The notes: a model not told the origin generated them from the sequence alone. 64,000 bases of DNA from Lymnaea stagnalis (GCA_964033795.1 CAXITT010000024.1:1245971-1309970), one strand, 5' to 3'. Shown: positions 13,726 through 26,789, counted from the first letter of the stretch. Numbers and translations are program-made.

Positions 13726-14017
13726 GTGCACATGGGCGCCCGAAGGTGGGGGGGGGGGCAAGGGGGGCACTTGCCCCCCCCCTGGATTGATTGGATAAAA
13801 AAATTTAGAACAAAATAGACAAAAAATGTATTAAAGTAAAGAGAAAATAAAGAGAAAGTAACTAAGCTGATGTCCTGTCCGTTCGTTCACCATACAAATA
13901 CGCTACAGTAAATTAAAACTACATTAAAAAAAATTTTTGCCCCCCCCCCCTGGAAAGTTAATCGATTTTTTTTGCCCCCCCCCCCCCTAGAAAGTTTTCT
14001 GCGGGCGCCCATGACTG
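13726..14017. repeat. Foldback / inverted-repeat structure with G- and C-homopolymer cores
   Basis: gcacatgggcgcccg (13727..) and cgggcgcccatg (14001..) are inverted. Internal palindrome ggggggcaaggggggcacttgccccccccc. Adjacent C12-A41 homopolymer at 13650..13700. Confidence 0.5.
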
Positions 14018-14360
14018 CAGTAAGTCCAAGGTCGTAAAAAGAGATTTTTTTTTCGAAGCACAGTGAAATCTGTGAGTGAAACTTAAAATCGCGATGTCCG
14101 TGGCAAATGCCCCGCACCGATCACTTGCTCAACACACAAAACCCCCTGGAACTAGAACAACTCTTGTCAACAAACGAGAGAGGTGCAAGGGTTTATTTGG
14201 CACAACATCGTATTTTCCCATTGCAAATAACACAATTTACAGTTTGTCAGATTTGTTACGAGAACTAAAAGAGAATCGAAATATCGGCAGTGCTCACATT
14301 AATATTATACATATTTTTGGATGTTAATAATACGTGCGTTATTAACAGATTCCACCAGAG

Positions 14361-14750
14361 ATGTGTGTGTGTCGCATTTTGAGCATTCGAGGGATCCCTA
14401 ACACAGAGGTTGCAAAAATGGGTAGCATATTCTCCGCTCTTTGCAAGAGGCGCCTTCGTTGGTTAGGTCATGGAATAAGGAGAATGGAGGAAGGCCGTAT
14501 CCCAAAGATGCTGCAGTGGGGAGAGTTGGCAGAGGGGACAAGACTTATTGGATGGCCACGCTTGAGATGTATGGACGTTTGCAAAAGGAGCATGAGGGAA
14601 GCCAACATAGGAATCATCGAATGGGAGATCATCGCTGAGCAACGTTCCAGTTGGCGAACGCAGTGTATGAAGCAGTCAAAAAGGCAGAAGATGCGCGAAA
14701 CGAAGTCCCTTGCAACAAACAGGAAGACGGAAGGATGCCATATATACTAA
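14361..14750 (+). mobile_element. LINE 3' fragment (RT C-terminal tail), plus orientation
   Basis: ORF contains RRLRWLGHGIRRMEEGRIPKMLQWGEL...GWPRLRCMDVCKRSMREANI...EQRSSWR, the LINE RT C-terminal consensus pattern. Confidence 0.7.
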
Positions 14751-15530
14751 AAGAAGATTTGATTCATATTAAAATTAAATGTTGTTTATTTTATCTGATA
14801 AGTTTAACGCCCGCGATGAGTGTAATACATCTGGATTTGTCACCCCTGATTTAATTAATATATTTTTTAAAACTATTGACACTATGATTAGTCGGTGATA
14901 TACCAGGCTTCAATCCATGAGACGTCATTAGGGTAGACCGTGGAGGCGCATTTGCAATACCCACCTGAATTTGTCAGATTTGTTTCATTAGATATCAGTA
15001 TCTAGGACAGCAGAAAATCAATCGTAGCAGAAAATAAGTATGGGGAAAAAAAAGAAATATTAGATCATTTAAAAATAACAAAAGAAAACATCAATCATAA
15101 TTTGGCAAGTCTTATTTAAATTGAAATGTACTGTGGCGACCATAGTAATAAAACAACCGAACAAGTCGGACAAGTTTTGGTTTAGCCCCTACCCCACTGA
15201 AAAAAAAAAATCAAATGACGTCCCGGCGTTAAATCTAAGGATCGTCTACAGAAAACAAGAATTGCAATTTGCGTTTATGATGAATGATACATTGTTTGGC
15301 CCAGTGTGTTAGGTTATTTTCATAAAGTCCGAAAAACTATTTTAAAAATCAGAAATATTATTAAGTACTTCTGATTTTTTAAATAGAACTTGAGCAAAAT
15401 ATGTGCATTTTATTTGAAGATTTTAAAACTAAATAATATTTTAAAAAAAATTAAATTAAACAAGAAGCAAATCCACCTTAACAAACATGACTTTTAACAT
15501 TTACACTTTCAATTGTTTGCATTAGTTAAG

Positions 15531-15890
15531 CAAAACCGTAGGCCCACAGACAACCGTATATGCCCACAGACAATCGTATGGGCGCACAGACAATCGTATG
15601 CACCCATAGACAACCGTACAGGCCCACATGCAACCGTACGCCCACAGACAACCGTATAGACCACAGACAACCGTATAGGCTAACAGACAACCGTATAGGC
15701 CAACAGACAACCGTATAGGCTAACAGACAACCGTATAGGCCAACAGACAACCGTATAGGCCCACAGACAACCGTATAGGCCAACAGACAACCGTATAGGC
15801 CAACAGACAACCGTATAGGCCCACAGACAACCGTAGGCCCACAGACAGCCTTATAGGCCCACAAACAACCGTATAGGCTCACAGAAGAGC
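15531..15890. repeat. Minisatellite, ~19-bp unit x~18
   Basis: acagacaaccgtataggcc variants repeat. The ORFs 15522..15882(-) are repeat artefacts. Confidence 0.85.
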
Positions 15891-15992
15891 TAATTCTGTC
15901 TCATGCAGACCTTTATCAAATTATAAACAATGAACACAAAATCCATATTCCATTCTCTTGTGGGAAGCTATCTTGATACTAGTTACAAGGTT

Positions 15993-16335
15993 GATGGTGA
16001 GTAAATGCTTTACAAGGTTGGTGGTGAGTAAATGCTTTACAAGGTTGGTGGTGAGTAAATGCTTTACAAGGTTGGTGGTGAGTAAATGCTTTACAAGGTT
16101 GGTGGTGAGTAAATGCTTTACAAGGTTGGTGGTGAGTAAATGCTTTACAAGGTTGGTGGTGAGTAAATGCTTTACAAGGTTGGTGGTGAGTAAATGCTTT
16201 ACAAGGTTGGTGGTGAGTAAATGCTTTACAAGGTTGGTGGTGAGTAAATGCTTTACGAGGTTGGTGGTGAGTGAGTAAATGCTTTACAAGGTTGGTGGTG
16301 AATAAATGCTTTACGAGGTTGATCGTGAGTCAATG
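15993..16335. repeat. Minisatellite, 27-bp unit x~12
   Basis: aaggttggtggtgagtaaatgctttac repeats. This produces the periodic ORF 15958..16278 (VVSKCFTRL)n. Confidence 0.9.
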
Positions 16336-17639
16336 CTTTGAGGTAGGTCACAATCGTATTAAATTTAAATTCAAATTCAAGCGTGATCTCATCTGGAAAT
16401 CAAGAAGTGTTTTTTAAAATTGAGATGAACAATTTGAACCGCAGGGGTCACTCAAAGGTCAGCGGAGGTCACTGGTGAACTAAAGGTCATGAAATGTTGT
16501 ATTGTCATCGGGAGTGGGTAAGTGTACAAAGTTTCAGCTCAATTTCAGGGCAGGTCGAAATTGAGATACAAGATTCTACCACAAACTGACAAACAAACGG
16601 ACAGAGCAAACTAAGAAAAGGCGTAGAGAAACATATAAGAGATAATAATAATACTAAAGTTTATTTGAAAAACACGCTTCATCCCCAAAAGCTCGAAGCA
16701 CGGTACAAAGTCAACCATATTAAAAAGAGAAATAAAAACAATCTAAAATGTACCCCATTTAAAAACAGACGCAACAATATAAAACTACATACGAGCAAAC
16801 CAAATCAAAGTCTTTCATCCCATTTCAACCATAAGCAACACAAGCCAATATACATTAAATGGAAAAAGATGGTAGATAGCATCACCCCAGAAGGTGTTTG
16901 CGAAATAGATGTGTTTTTAAATCGGTTTTAAAGGACTCCAGTGTCCGGCTGTTTTTGAGAGCGACTGGAAGGGCTTTCCAAATTGTTGGGCCAGCAAATT
17001 CAAAAGTGCGCTTTCCGTACCTTTCAGTTTTGAAAATCTCCTCTCATGAACCCACATAGGAATAGATAAGAAATAATTGAAGGCTTAATGAGTGGATTTT
17101 GCGAGATTATGTGACAATAGTTCTCAAACATTTGTTTAGGATTTCTTGCTTGAAGGTATCGTTAATTTTTCTTTTTTAAATTGCTTGTGGACTCTTTGTA
17201 GTTACATTAATTGTAGTTTATTTTAATTAAAATAAGTTCCACTGTTACCCAAACATTTTTTACAAACATTTATTCAGAAAATGACAAATGTTAGGCATGA
17301 AATGTGCATTCAGTGGGGTGTGTGAATCTGTTTTGCCTTAACCGGTTCCTCCAGGCTCGGCTTTGTTAATGCCAGTGTCACTCTCATGTCATTTTTTCCC
17401 CGTCTAATCTGCTTCTGGATTTTCTTTTGATATCAGGTAGTTTGGAAAAAAATACGTCTCACACTCAAAGGTTTTTGCAAATGGAATCAGCCATATTTAA
17501 GCCATCCCTGCAACACCTGGGGAGGACTGCGCCATTTCAATTCAATAATCACTACAACACATTTCACAGAAACATGTTTTACACCGCAATCACTCATCAA
17601 ATCAACCAACTGTTCTTGAATTAAATTGCCCCCCAAAAG

Positions 17640-18800
17640 CAGATCATTAATGGAAAGTACAAACGGTTATTGTTAAATAAATAGGTTTTTAAAAATTCTT
17701 ATTGGAAAATAATAAGACATCTCTTCGCCAAGAATTGATACATGTTTTATCATCACATCAAAGATATTGTCATCGCAATTAAACTCATCGGCATCACTAT
17801 ATGGGTTCATCTGTGGATATGGGGCAAAATTCTTCTTCTCTAACTTTGATGCCATCAATTGGGCCTAATTTTGAAAGCTGACATTTTTCCACGTAAATCT
17901 CTTGAGATCTCTTGTCCTTACAGCCCCATCTTATGGAATTAAATTATTTAAATATGTCGTCCCTTCAATAACAAGGATAAAAAAAAAACGGATATCAGAT
18001 CATTTTGGGTTCATATCTGGTTTAGCGTCTTGCAAAAACTGTTGCACGTATTATGAAAACTCTCTTCAAACTTTTCCTTTTGGAAAACCACCTGACGTGA
18101 GAGTGGAACAAGTGTGTTTCAAGTCCGGAACCACTCTGCATAACTCAGACAACAAGCGAGAGTTGAGTAGTTTCCCTTTAATGAAGTTCACCGGGGTGAT
18201 AACTTCAGTGAGAGCATTGTTCAACTCATCAGGCGAGATTTTTACCATTAAGGTTTGGCGATGAATAGTGCAGTGTGCACCAATAATGTTTGGGCGCATG
18301 TGTTTAACTTAACTTTGAAAACTAGGGCAGCATTCAAGCATGGGGCGCCGTCAGTACACACCCCAGGGACATCTTCCCAATTGATACCATGCGTCTAAAA
18401 GAAGCTGTCCACTTTATCAAATATTTATTTTGCAGTTGCTCTGAGTTCTGGTGCCGAGGGTTTCGCAAAACAATAAATTATCTTCCAGTTGCTTCTCATA
18501 TCATATCCATAAAATTGGGCCAAGTTGGTGACATCCATCATCAAGCTGAATCACAAAGAAGCTGAAAATCGAATTCTCAATATTCGAGACCAACTGTGAC
18601 AGTATGTTATCAGACATCTCCGCTATTTGCCTCTTAACAGCATCGTCTGGCGGGGAAAGATGCTTTAACTTCTCAAGTTAAGAACTTCCCGGCACATTCC
18701 ATATGATATCTTTGCAGCAAAGTAATATCAACTGTTCTGCGATGCTGTGATCATACGAGGCTTTTAGACGCAAGCCTTAATGCTCTGTGAAGACATTCCT
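17640..18800 (-). mobile_element. Degenerate hAT-family transposase fragment
   Basis: Minus-strand translations LTEVITPVNFIKGKLLNSRLLSELC and downstream segments resemble the hAT / DUF4371 dimerisation region (consensus ...NYIKSRPLNSRLFSLLC...). The frame is broken by stops. Confidence 0.5.
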
Positions 18801-19174
18801 GTGTCATGAATAAATTAAATGGGAACTAAATTGGATTCCTCCATGGGACATAACAACCATTGGCAACAATCGCAAATAGCCCAAAATTTGTATCTAAGTG
18901 ACCCATTCACGCCCCCCCGCCCCCCCCCAAAAAAAAAAAAAACCTTCGCGACCCACTAGAGGACCGTTGCTCCAGTTTGAGAAACACTATTCTGGGAAGT
19001 CTCATTCTGCTATGACATTCAGCACTTCAAATATCGACCAATCTTTGGTTTCGTAGAGATTAATCACCCATCATAGAAAATGTTCTATTTGGGGATGGAC
19101 AATAGCACTGAAGTGGTGTAACTAGGTTTAGTGCCACCACAGACGGAGAAAATGTTTGCCGCCCCTTCCACACA

Positions 19175-19182
<8 letters not shown>

Positions 19183-19212
<30 letters not shown>

Positions 19213-19252
19213 CCCCCCCCCCCCCCCCCCCCCCAACACACACACACACAAA
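19183..19252. repeat. Compound microsatellite: A~36 then C~29 then (CA)7
   Basis: Direct reading of the homopolymer runs. Confidence 0.9.
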
Positions 19253-19654
19253 TAAAAAGCAAACAAAATTGATGAAAATAAATGTAAAAATACCGATGAG
19301 TTTTGAGATGTTCTTCATAAGATTCCACTTGCAGGATGGTTATGTCAGAGCCACACTTATTTTTTTTTTTCTTTTTAAAGTCAATCAGGGCATGGCCTAG
19401 CGCTTCTTCGATGCGATTGGCTATTGGTTTGAGCGTAAGAACACGTTCGGTCACTGCGCCATAAGATTTAATACAGGGATTTGAGAACAATTTTGAGGGA
19501 TTACCCATCTATATAAATTATAACTGCTAAGACACTATTCTGAGAGCCGTAGTCAGAGGCGGAGTTACGACCTTTTTGTCTTTAGATGAAGCTCAGTGTA
19601 TGGAATGTTATTATCTTCTGTCTTATCACTGGCAACGTCCTTTAGGTTCATAAT

Positions 19655-19870
19655 AACACTGCCACACTACGCACACCAGACACTAAGAGTCAGCAACACA
19701 GTCACACTCTGCAGCAGGAGTCTCACACACCAGACACTAGACTCAGCAACACAGTCACACTCTGCAGCAAGAGTCACGCACGCCAGACACTAAGAGTCAG
19801 CAACACAGTCACACTCTGCACTAAGAGTCACGCACGCCAGACACTAAGAGTCAGCAACACAGCCGCACTT
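19655..19870. repeat. Minisatellite, ~57-bp unit x~4
   Basis: cacgccagacactaagagtcagcaacacagtcacactctgcagcaagagt variants. Confidence 0.8.
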
Positions 19871-21000
19871 GGTCCACACTTAAGAACAGCAGCGTTGCAT
19901 TATGACAGTTCTTTATTTACATGATCCTATCACAGGAACTACCCGTTCACTGCCCGTCCCCTATACAAATCTTCTTTACACTGACTAGAGAGGACTTGCA
20001 CCTTTTCCCACTACAACGATAACTTCCAAAACATACTGACTATCTTAACATACTGACTATCCCAACATACTGACTGTCCCCCAAACTCCACGAGCTGACC
20101 TTGCATAGCCCGACCAACCACAACTCGCCCTCCCCAACCTGTCACCAACTCACGACCAACAACTGCCCTTACACAAACAATCACGTGCACAAATCCAATT
20201 CATAACATTGCCCCCCTCCCCCCCCTACCCCCCCTCCCCACTTTTCATTCAAGTAAAGTGGTGTCAAAACAAACACTTTATCATCCTTATCACAAAATTT
20301 CAACATCTTTTCAAAAACAATATCACAACTGTCTCCAATATTAAACAGTATCCTTCTCTTTAAACTACTAAAAATTTGCCTTCTTAAGAGCAAGGGCCAA
20401 ATTTAAATTAAACAAAACGCAATTTAGAATAGATTCATATTCTATCGAAATAAGCACAATATTAATTGACACCCGAATTTTTTAATTTTTTTTTTTTTAT
20501 AAACTTCCCTAGAAAGAAAAGACAAGAAAAAGTGAACACCCGTGAACTCACGTGGAGAGCCATTCATTGTCCAGTTTGATATTTGCATTGACGAGGTCGG
20601 GATATTTCTTTTGTCAGTCGCTGCCCAAAAAGCGTGCAATCTTTCCCCCAGCTCAACTGTCGTCGTCCTAACCCCCCCCCCCAATCTCCATTAACACGTG
20701 TTTCATTATATTTTGGTCAACCAATAGTCTAGTTATTACCGAACCCGAAGCAGACGAACCCTGCTGACGACCGAACCCGACCAGAATTTCTAACAGAGTT
20801 AGATTCACATCTCTACTTATTGTATGACTATGTCTAATAATGGCTCGTAATGGATCATGTTAATCATGTCATTATGACATACATTCGAGGTCACGTCAAC
20901 GTAAAAGTAATCATATGCGCATCCTTTGTTGCGGGGTCACTAAAAGACCTGGGGGGGGGGGCGGGTCTTAGAAACTTTGGCGAACCTTGATTAAATGCCG

Positions 21001-21245
21001 CCCAGGGTGAACTCCCGATAATATCCAGTCTAATCAGTATAATCAGTATATCCAGTCTAATCAGTATAATCAGTATATCCAGTCTAATCAGTATAATCAG
21101 TATATCCAGTCTAATCAGTATAATCAGTCTAATCAGTATATCAGTATATCCAGTCTAATCAGCATAATCAGTATAATCAGTATAATCAGTATATCCAGTC
21201 TAATCAGTATAATCAGTATATCCAGTCTAATCAGTATAGTCAATG
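21001..21245. repeat. Minisatellite, ~27-bp unit x~9
   Basis: cagtctaatcagtataatcagtatatc repeats. Confidence 0.85.
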
Positions 21246-21589
21246 TAGCCAGTCTAGCGTTGCTGCTGATGAGAAGCGTTTGTTGAGGTACATAGTATTA
21301 AGTATGCAACAATAGTTCATTCCTTGGGATATATGAACGAAATCTCAGGTTCAGCTCAAAGCCTCAAACTTGCGAATGAACAGATACGTCATTAGATTAA
21401 GTCAATGAGATTAGACGATGACAAATCAATGTGTTCAAATTGCCGTGGTCAGAACATTTGGACAAGTGTGTGTGGTCAGTAGCGTCAGTAGGGTTGCTGT
21501 CACCTAGTGCGGTTAACTCATGTTGCCCCCCCCTCCCACACAGACTTCCCAATGACCTCATCTGAGTCTTCTTCCAGTGTCACCCTGCA

Positions 21590-22165
21590 CCGGTGGCACC
21601 CTGCTCCGGTGGCACCATGCTTCGGTGGCACCATGCTCCAGTGGCACCATGCTTCGGTGGCACCATGCTTCGGTGGCACCATGCTTCGGTGGAACCATGC
21701 TTCAGTGGCACCATGCTTCGGTGGCACCATGCTTCGGTGGAACCATGCTTTGGTGGCACCATGCTCCAGTGGCACCATGCTTCGGTGGCACCATGCTTCG
21801 GTGACACCATGCTTCGTTGGCACCATGCTTCGGTGGCACCATGTTCCAATGGCACCATGTCTCAGTGGCACCATGCTCCGGTGGCACCATGCTTTGGTAG
21901 CACCATGCTCCGGTGGCACCATGCTTTGACGGCACCATGCTCCGGTGGCACCATGCTTTGGTAGCACCATGCTCCGGTGGCACCATGCTTTGGTAGCACC
22001 ATGCTCCGGTGGCACCATGCTTTGACGGCACCATGCTCCGGTGGCACCATGCTTTGACGGCACCATGCTTCGGTGGCACCATGCTTTGGTAGCACCATGT
22101 TCCGGTGGCACCCTGCTCTGGTAACACCATGCTTCTGTGGCACCATGCTTCGGTAGCACCATGCT
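21590..22165. repeat. Minisatellite, 16-bp unit x~36
   Basis: cggtggcaccatgctt unit. Open frames on both strands (ORFs 21507..22162) are periodic artefacts of 48-nt periodicity. Confidence 0.9.
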
Positions 22166-22554
22166 CTCGTAATAAATTATGAATGATTATGAAAACGAAT
22201 TGAGTGAAAGCTGTTGAATTTCAAAAGTTCCATTTTTGGTGTAAACCCCGTGGGATGTTGTCACTTTATATTCTGCACAGCCGCACAGCCGCATTCCTGA
22301 TGACGCAACTGAATACGATCATAATTTTTTTATTTATTTATTTTTTTTTTTAGGGATAGTGTCATTAAATGATATCCAGCTCCTAGTGACGTAACAAAGC
22401 AGCAAATGAATCCTATCCGTGTGATTGGATCTTGACTAGCAAATAATAACTACAGTAGCAGGAAGAACTCTCGGCGTCAGTTTTTTAATTAGTCAACAGC
22501 GCCAAACGTACAGCCGGTACATGCCCACCAATAGAATCGAAACAAGTCATATTT

Positions 22555-22790
22555 GTATTTTTTAATGACTTTTAAGCGTCTCAGACAGTGGTTCTCAACC
22601 TTTCTAATGCCGCGCCCTTTTTATACATTTCCTCATGTTGTGGCGACCCCCCAATCACAAAATTATTTTCTTTAAATGTTTTATAACTGTGGAGTATATC
22701 TGTCTTCAGATGGTCTTACGCGACCCCTGTGAAAGGGTCGTTTGACCTACAAAGGGGTCGCGACCCACAGGTTGAGAACCGCTGGTCTAA
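22555..22790. mobile_element. MITE-like element with terminal inverted repeats
   Basis: cagtggttctcaacctttc at the left end and ccacaggttgagaaccgctg at the right end are reverse complements. Internal gtcgcgacccc palindromes are present. Confidence 0.55.
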
Positions 22791-24204
22791 GATGTAAGGG
22801 GCGTCATTTCGTTTTTTTTTTAAATCTAAAAAAAAAAAGGGCGGGGAGGGGGGGGGGGGGGAAAAACAAAACTTGGTCGCCTTATTAGTTGTTTATTAAT
22901 GGAGGCGCCACAGCACGTAGTAATTTAAATAAAACCTGCAAATCCAGGGGGGGGGGTGGATTTCCCGCCCAGCCCTACCCAAAATAACGTCCCTGCTGTT
23001 TTAAGATGCGCAAATTAATTTTTAATTAATTCATGTTTTATTCAAAACGTAATGTTTTTGTTACGAAATATCAAAGAGCGCTTTTTTTTTCTTTCTAGTT
23101 TTGCTTGGCCCAACACTTAATTGGTAAACTCAGCTTAAGATTTATATTCTTTGAACACAATCAAATACCATAAAATTTGAGATTGCAATCAAAGGTCATC
23201 CAATAACAATCATATTTTCTGCGAATTTCATGGAATGTCGCTAAAGTTTAACTGTTGTTAAATTAAACTATTGTCCATATGTTTTGTTTTTAAGTTTTCA
23301 TAAATAATTATAATATAGCAAGAATAATTTGGCCTACTAACGAATAGGGCTAAATTTTATTGTTTATTAATAAATGCAATACCAAGTTGACCAATTATAT
23401 TTTACTTTGCATTACCACACACAGATTTTAATTCAGTTGGCAGTTGGTTTTACCTACAATTACACATCCTGGTCTACGGTTAACGGTTGCGGTGATTACC
23501 GGCAACTGGGATACATACTTAAAATAGGCCTATTTTTATCATTCTCATTATCACTTTGTTGTCCAATCTCACACACTATTCGTTTTGAGTCTCATTTCTT
23601 GACACATTATAATTATAAAATCTTAAAAATATATATATAAATAAATTTTGAGGGAAGAGGATGTAGTCAAAGGGTCCTTATAAAACTTTCCTGCCAATCA
23701 TGCGTTCTACTTTTGGTAGCTTAGTTATCCTTGTTAACTAAGTTACTATAAATAGTAAAACAATCTTCCCAGACCAGCTGCAGTTTGTCTTTTTAGTACT
23801 CGGCTAACTCGGCGTGATCAGATTCATTGTCTTGCAACAACATTGATTCGGTGGGTTAACCTTGAATTTTTATTTGAGAAATTCATTTCAATTAGGAGAA
23901 AGCCTTTAAATTTATTTAATAAAGTCGCACATTCACCTGCAATCATTCTATACTTTTATTAGTAGTATTTAGGCTACTTCCTTCTAATAAAAATAATAAA
24001 ATAGTAATACTACTACTATAACTAATTAGACACTAATACGGAATATTTTTATTGGACTTATTAAACAAGTATAAGCGTTGATTGATTGTTGCAAGTCAAC
24101 ACTGGAAGGTAATTCAATCAAATTAAAAGATTTAAAAAAGAACGGGTTAACCATGTTAGTTTGAGGTCATTGCAATGTCCAAGTCCAGTTCAGTGCACGC
24201 ATTA

Positions 24205-24972
24205 CTTAGGTCTGGGTCCATTTAAAATTTATTTTTGGAATGCATGGAAGTCCAAATCCAAGGCAGGACTAGTGAAAACTAGGTAGGAGAAGCCAAGTGG
24301 TGTAGAACTTTGTCTCTTACTCTTACTCTTAGACTTACATTAAATTAAGTGTAGAGTCTACAATAGACTTAAGTCTTAAGTTCTTAGTCTTAACTATCCA
24401 TCCCTGTGGGGCTACAGCCCATGTAGGGCTTTTGGCCTGCCTCACCACTTCCTTCCACTCAGAGACCTAACTAATGCCTTTCTTTTCCATGCTTGGACTT
24501 TCAGCTGCTGTAGATCTTTTTCTACATCATCTATCCACCTAAACCTAGGTCTGCCTTTGAGCCTTTTCCTCTGAGGTATTGGTCATAGGTCTGGGTCCAT
24601 TTAAAATTTATTTTTGGAATGCATGGAAGTCCAAATCCAAGGCAGGACTAGTGAAAACTAGGTAGGAGAAGCCAAGTGGTGTAGAACTTTGTCTCTTACT
24701 CTTACTCTTAGACTTACATTAAATTAAGTGTAGAGTCTACAATAGACTTAAGTCTTAAGTTCTTAGTCTTAACTATCCATCCCTGTGGGGCTACAGCCCA
24801 TGTAGGGCTTTTGGCCTGCCTCACCACTTCCTTCCACTCAGAGACCTAACTAATGCCTTTCTTTTCCATGCTTGGACTTTCAGCTGCTGAAGATCTTTTT
24901 CTACATCATCTATCCACCTAAACCTAGGTCTGCGTTTGAGGCTTTTTCCTCTGAGGTATTGGTGATGCACCC
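24205..24972. repeat. Tandem duplication (~383 bp x2) of the LINE 3' terminal region
   Basis: The segment ggtctgggtccatttaaaattt...cctctgaggtattggt occurs twice back-to-back. The second copy runs into the LINE ORF at 24821..25414. Confidence 0.85.
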
Positions 24973-26250
24973 TCTGCGTTCCTCTGTCATTTGGCATTCT
25001 CTCTAGGTGCCCTACCCAGCGTAGCCTGCCTCTTTTTATTTCTGCCACTATCGTGGGATCCTGATATAGACTGTATAATTCCTGGTTGGTTCGTATTCTC
25101 CATCCATAGTCATCCTTTATTGGCCCATATATTTTGCTGAGAACTTTCCTCTCCCATGTGTTTAACAGGTTTTCTGCTGTTTTTGTTAGGGTCCAAGCTT
25201 CACTTGCATATGATACAACTGGTCTGATCAGTTTTATAGTTTTCTTTGTTTCTCTTGTAATGTTTTTGCTTTTGAGTATTTTTTTACTATTGAAGTATGC
25301 CCTGTTTCCTGCTGATATTCTTTCTTTTATTTCTGTTAGTAAATCGTTTCTTTCATTTAACAAGGATCCTAGGTATTTGAATTGATTTACTTTTTCAAAA
25401 GTTTTGTTTCTCATTTTGTCTCATCTGTTTGTTCCTCTCTTATCATGGTCATGTATTTTTGGTTGTTAACTTCCAGCCCAGCTTGTAAAGATGCATCTTC
25501 TAATTCAATAAAGGATTTTGATATGTCTTTAATAATTTTCCCTAGAAGTGCTATGTCATCAGCATATGCAAGATACTGAAGTGGTTGGTTGTGGGTCTTG
25601 AGTTTCCCTCAGAAAGTATCCTATTATCGTTCCTCGAGTGTCAATCACAATGTGTATGTTTCTAATAACTTTCTCATGTTAGGTTAAAGAGCATACAAGA
25701 CAGTGAGTGTCCTTATCTTAGGCCTCGTCTAATATGAAATTCCCTTGAATATTCTCCTTGAATCTTGATTTTGCTTTTTGAGTTGTTTAGTGTTACATAT
25801 AATAGTCTTGTCAGTTTGTTGGGTATCCCAAACTCCTGCAGAGTCTCATATAAATATTTTCCTTTGATAGGCCATTTTATAGTCCACATAGAATGGATGT
25901 ACTTGTATATTATATTCATAGCATTTCTCTCATAGGCATCGGATGGTGAAAATCTAATCAGTCGTTGATCTGTTAGGCCTGAATCCACATTGGTAATCAC
26001 CTAGTATTTCTTCAGTGTAAGGTTGTAGTCTTTTGGCAATAAGCTTCGACGGCTTTGTCAGTATTTTGTATATAACATTTAATAGGGAGATTCCTCTGTA
26101 GTTTGTGCACTGAAGTTTGGAGCCTTTCTTGTGTATTGGGGTTATTAATGCTGTTTCCCATTCTTTTGGGATTTTCTCTTCTTGCCAAATTTTAGTTATA
26201 AGTTTATGTATCTGATTGTGTAGTTCTAAGTTCTTAACTAGACACAGTTC
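24400..26250 (-). mobile_element. LINE element fragment (RT domain plus C-terminal region)
   Basis: ORF 24821..25414(-) has FKYLGS...SAGNRAYF...VVSYASEAWTL...GRLRWVGHLERM. ORF 25713..26000(-) has GIPNKLTRLLYVTLNNSKSKIKIQGEYSREFHIRRGLR (RT motif region). Confidence 0.8.
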
Positions 26251-26789
26251 ATGGCAAAGTTACAAACGTTTGGTCTTAGTCTTAGCTTTTTTAGTCATTT
26301 TTGTTTTAATTTTAGTTCAGTCTTGAGTCTTTAAAAGTGTATTTTTATTTTGAACAACTGGACAAAATATCAATGACAACCAGCCTAACAAGGTGGTAGG
26401 CTTAATAATACTAGACTTATTATATTTATTAGTGATTAGTGAACCAGTTGTGAAGACTGTTGTTAGGAGGCTTAGGGTATACTTAGTTGTCCAATCTATT
26501 ACAAGTAGCAGGCCAACTCATAACCTACTCGTACCATCATGAGGCTACCCCTGCCACTTTGTTGGATTTGAGCCCCCTACATTCAAAGTTTAAAGCTTTA
26601 ATTTGTTTACACATCCCACCTTTGGTTCCTCAATATATCTGTGACATCCCCCCCCCCCTGCCTTTGCTGCAATTTTATCATTTTATGGTACATCTTGCTA
26701 ATGCCCATGGGCCAATGTTTCAAATAGTATGATGAGTAATGTCGTTTTGTTTCCTCAGATTTGCCACTGTTTAAGCTGAGATATTTAAA

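Noticed and set aside
15958-16278. ORFs lying entirely within tandem arrays (15522..15882, 15958..16278, 21507..22162, 34319..34850, 53098..53520)
   Set aside because: Perfectly periodic translations of mini-satellite units. Each has open frames on both strands or in several frames and no coding signal.
15531-16335. Regularly spaced direct repeats superficially resembling a CRISPR array
   Set aside because: The units are contiguous with no unique spacers, the sequence is eukaryotic (spliced genes, LINEs), and there are no cas genes.
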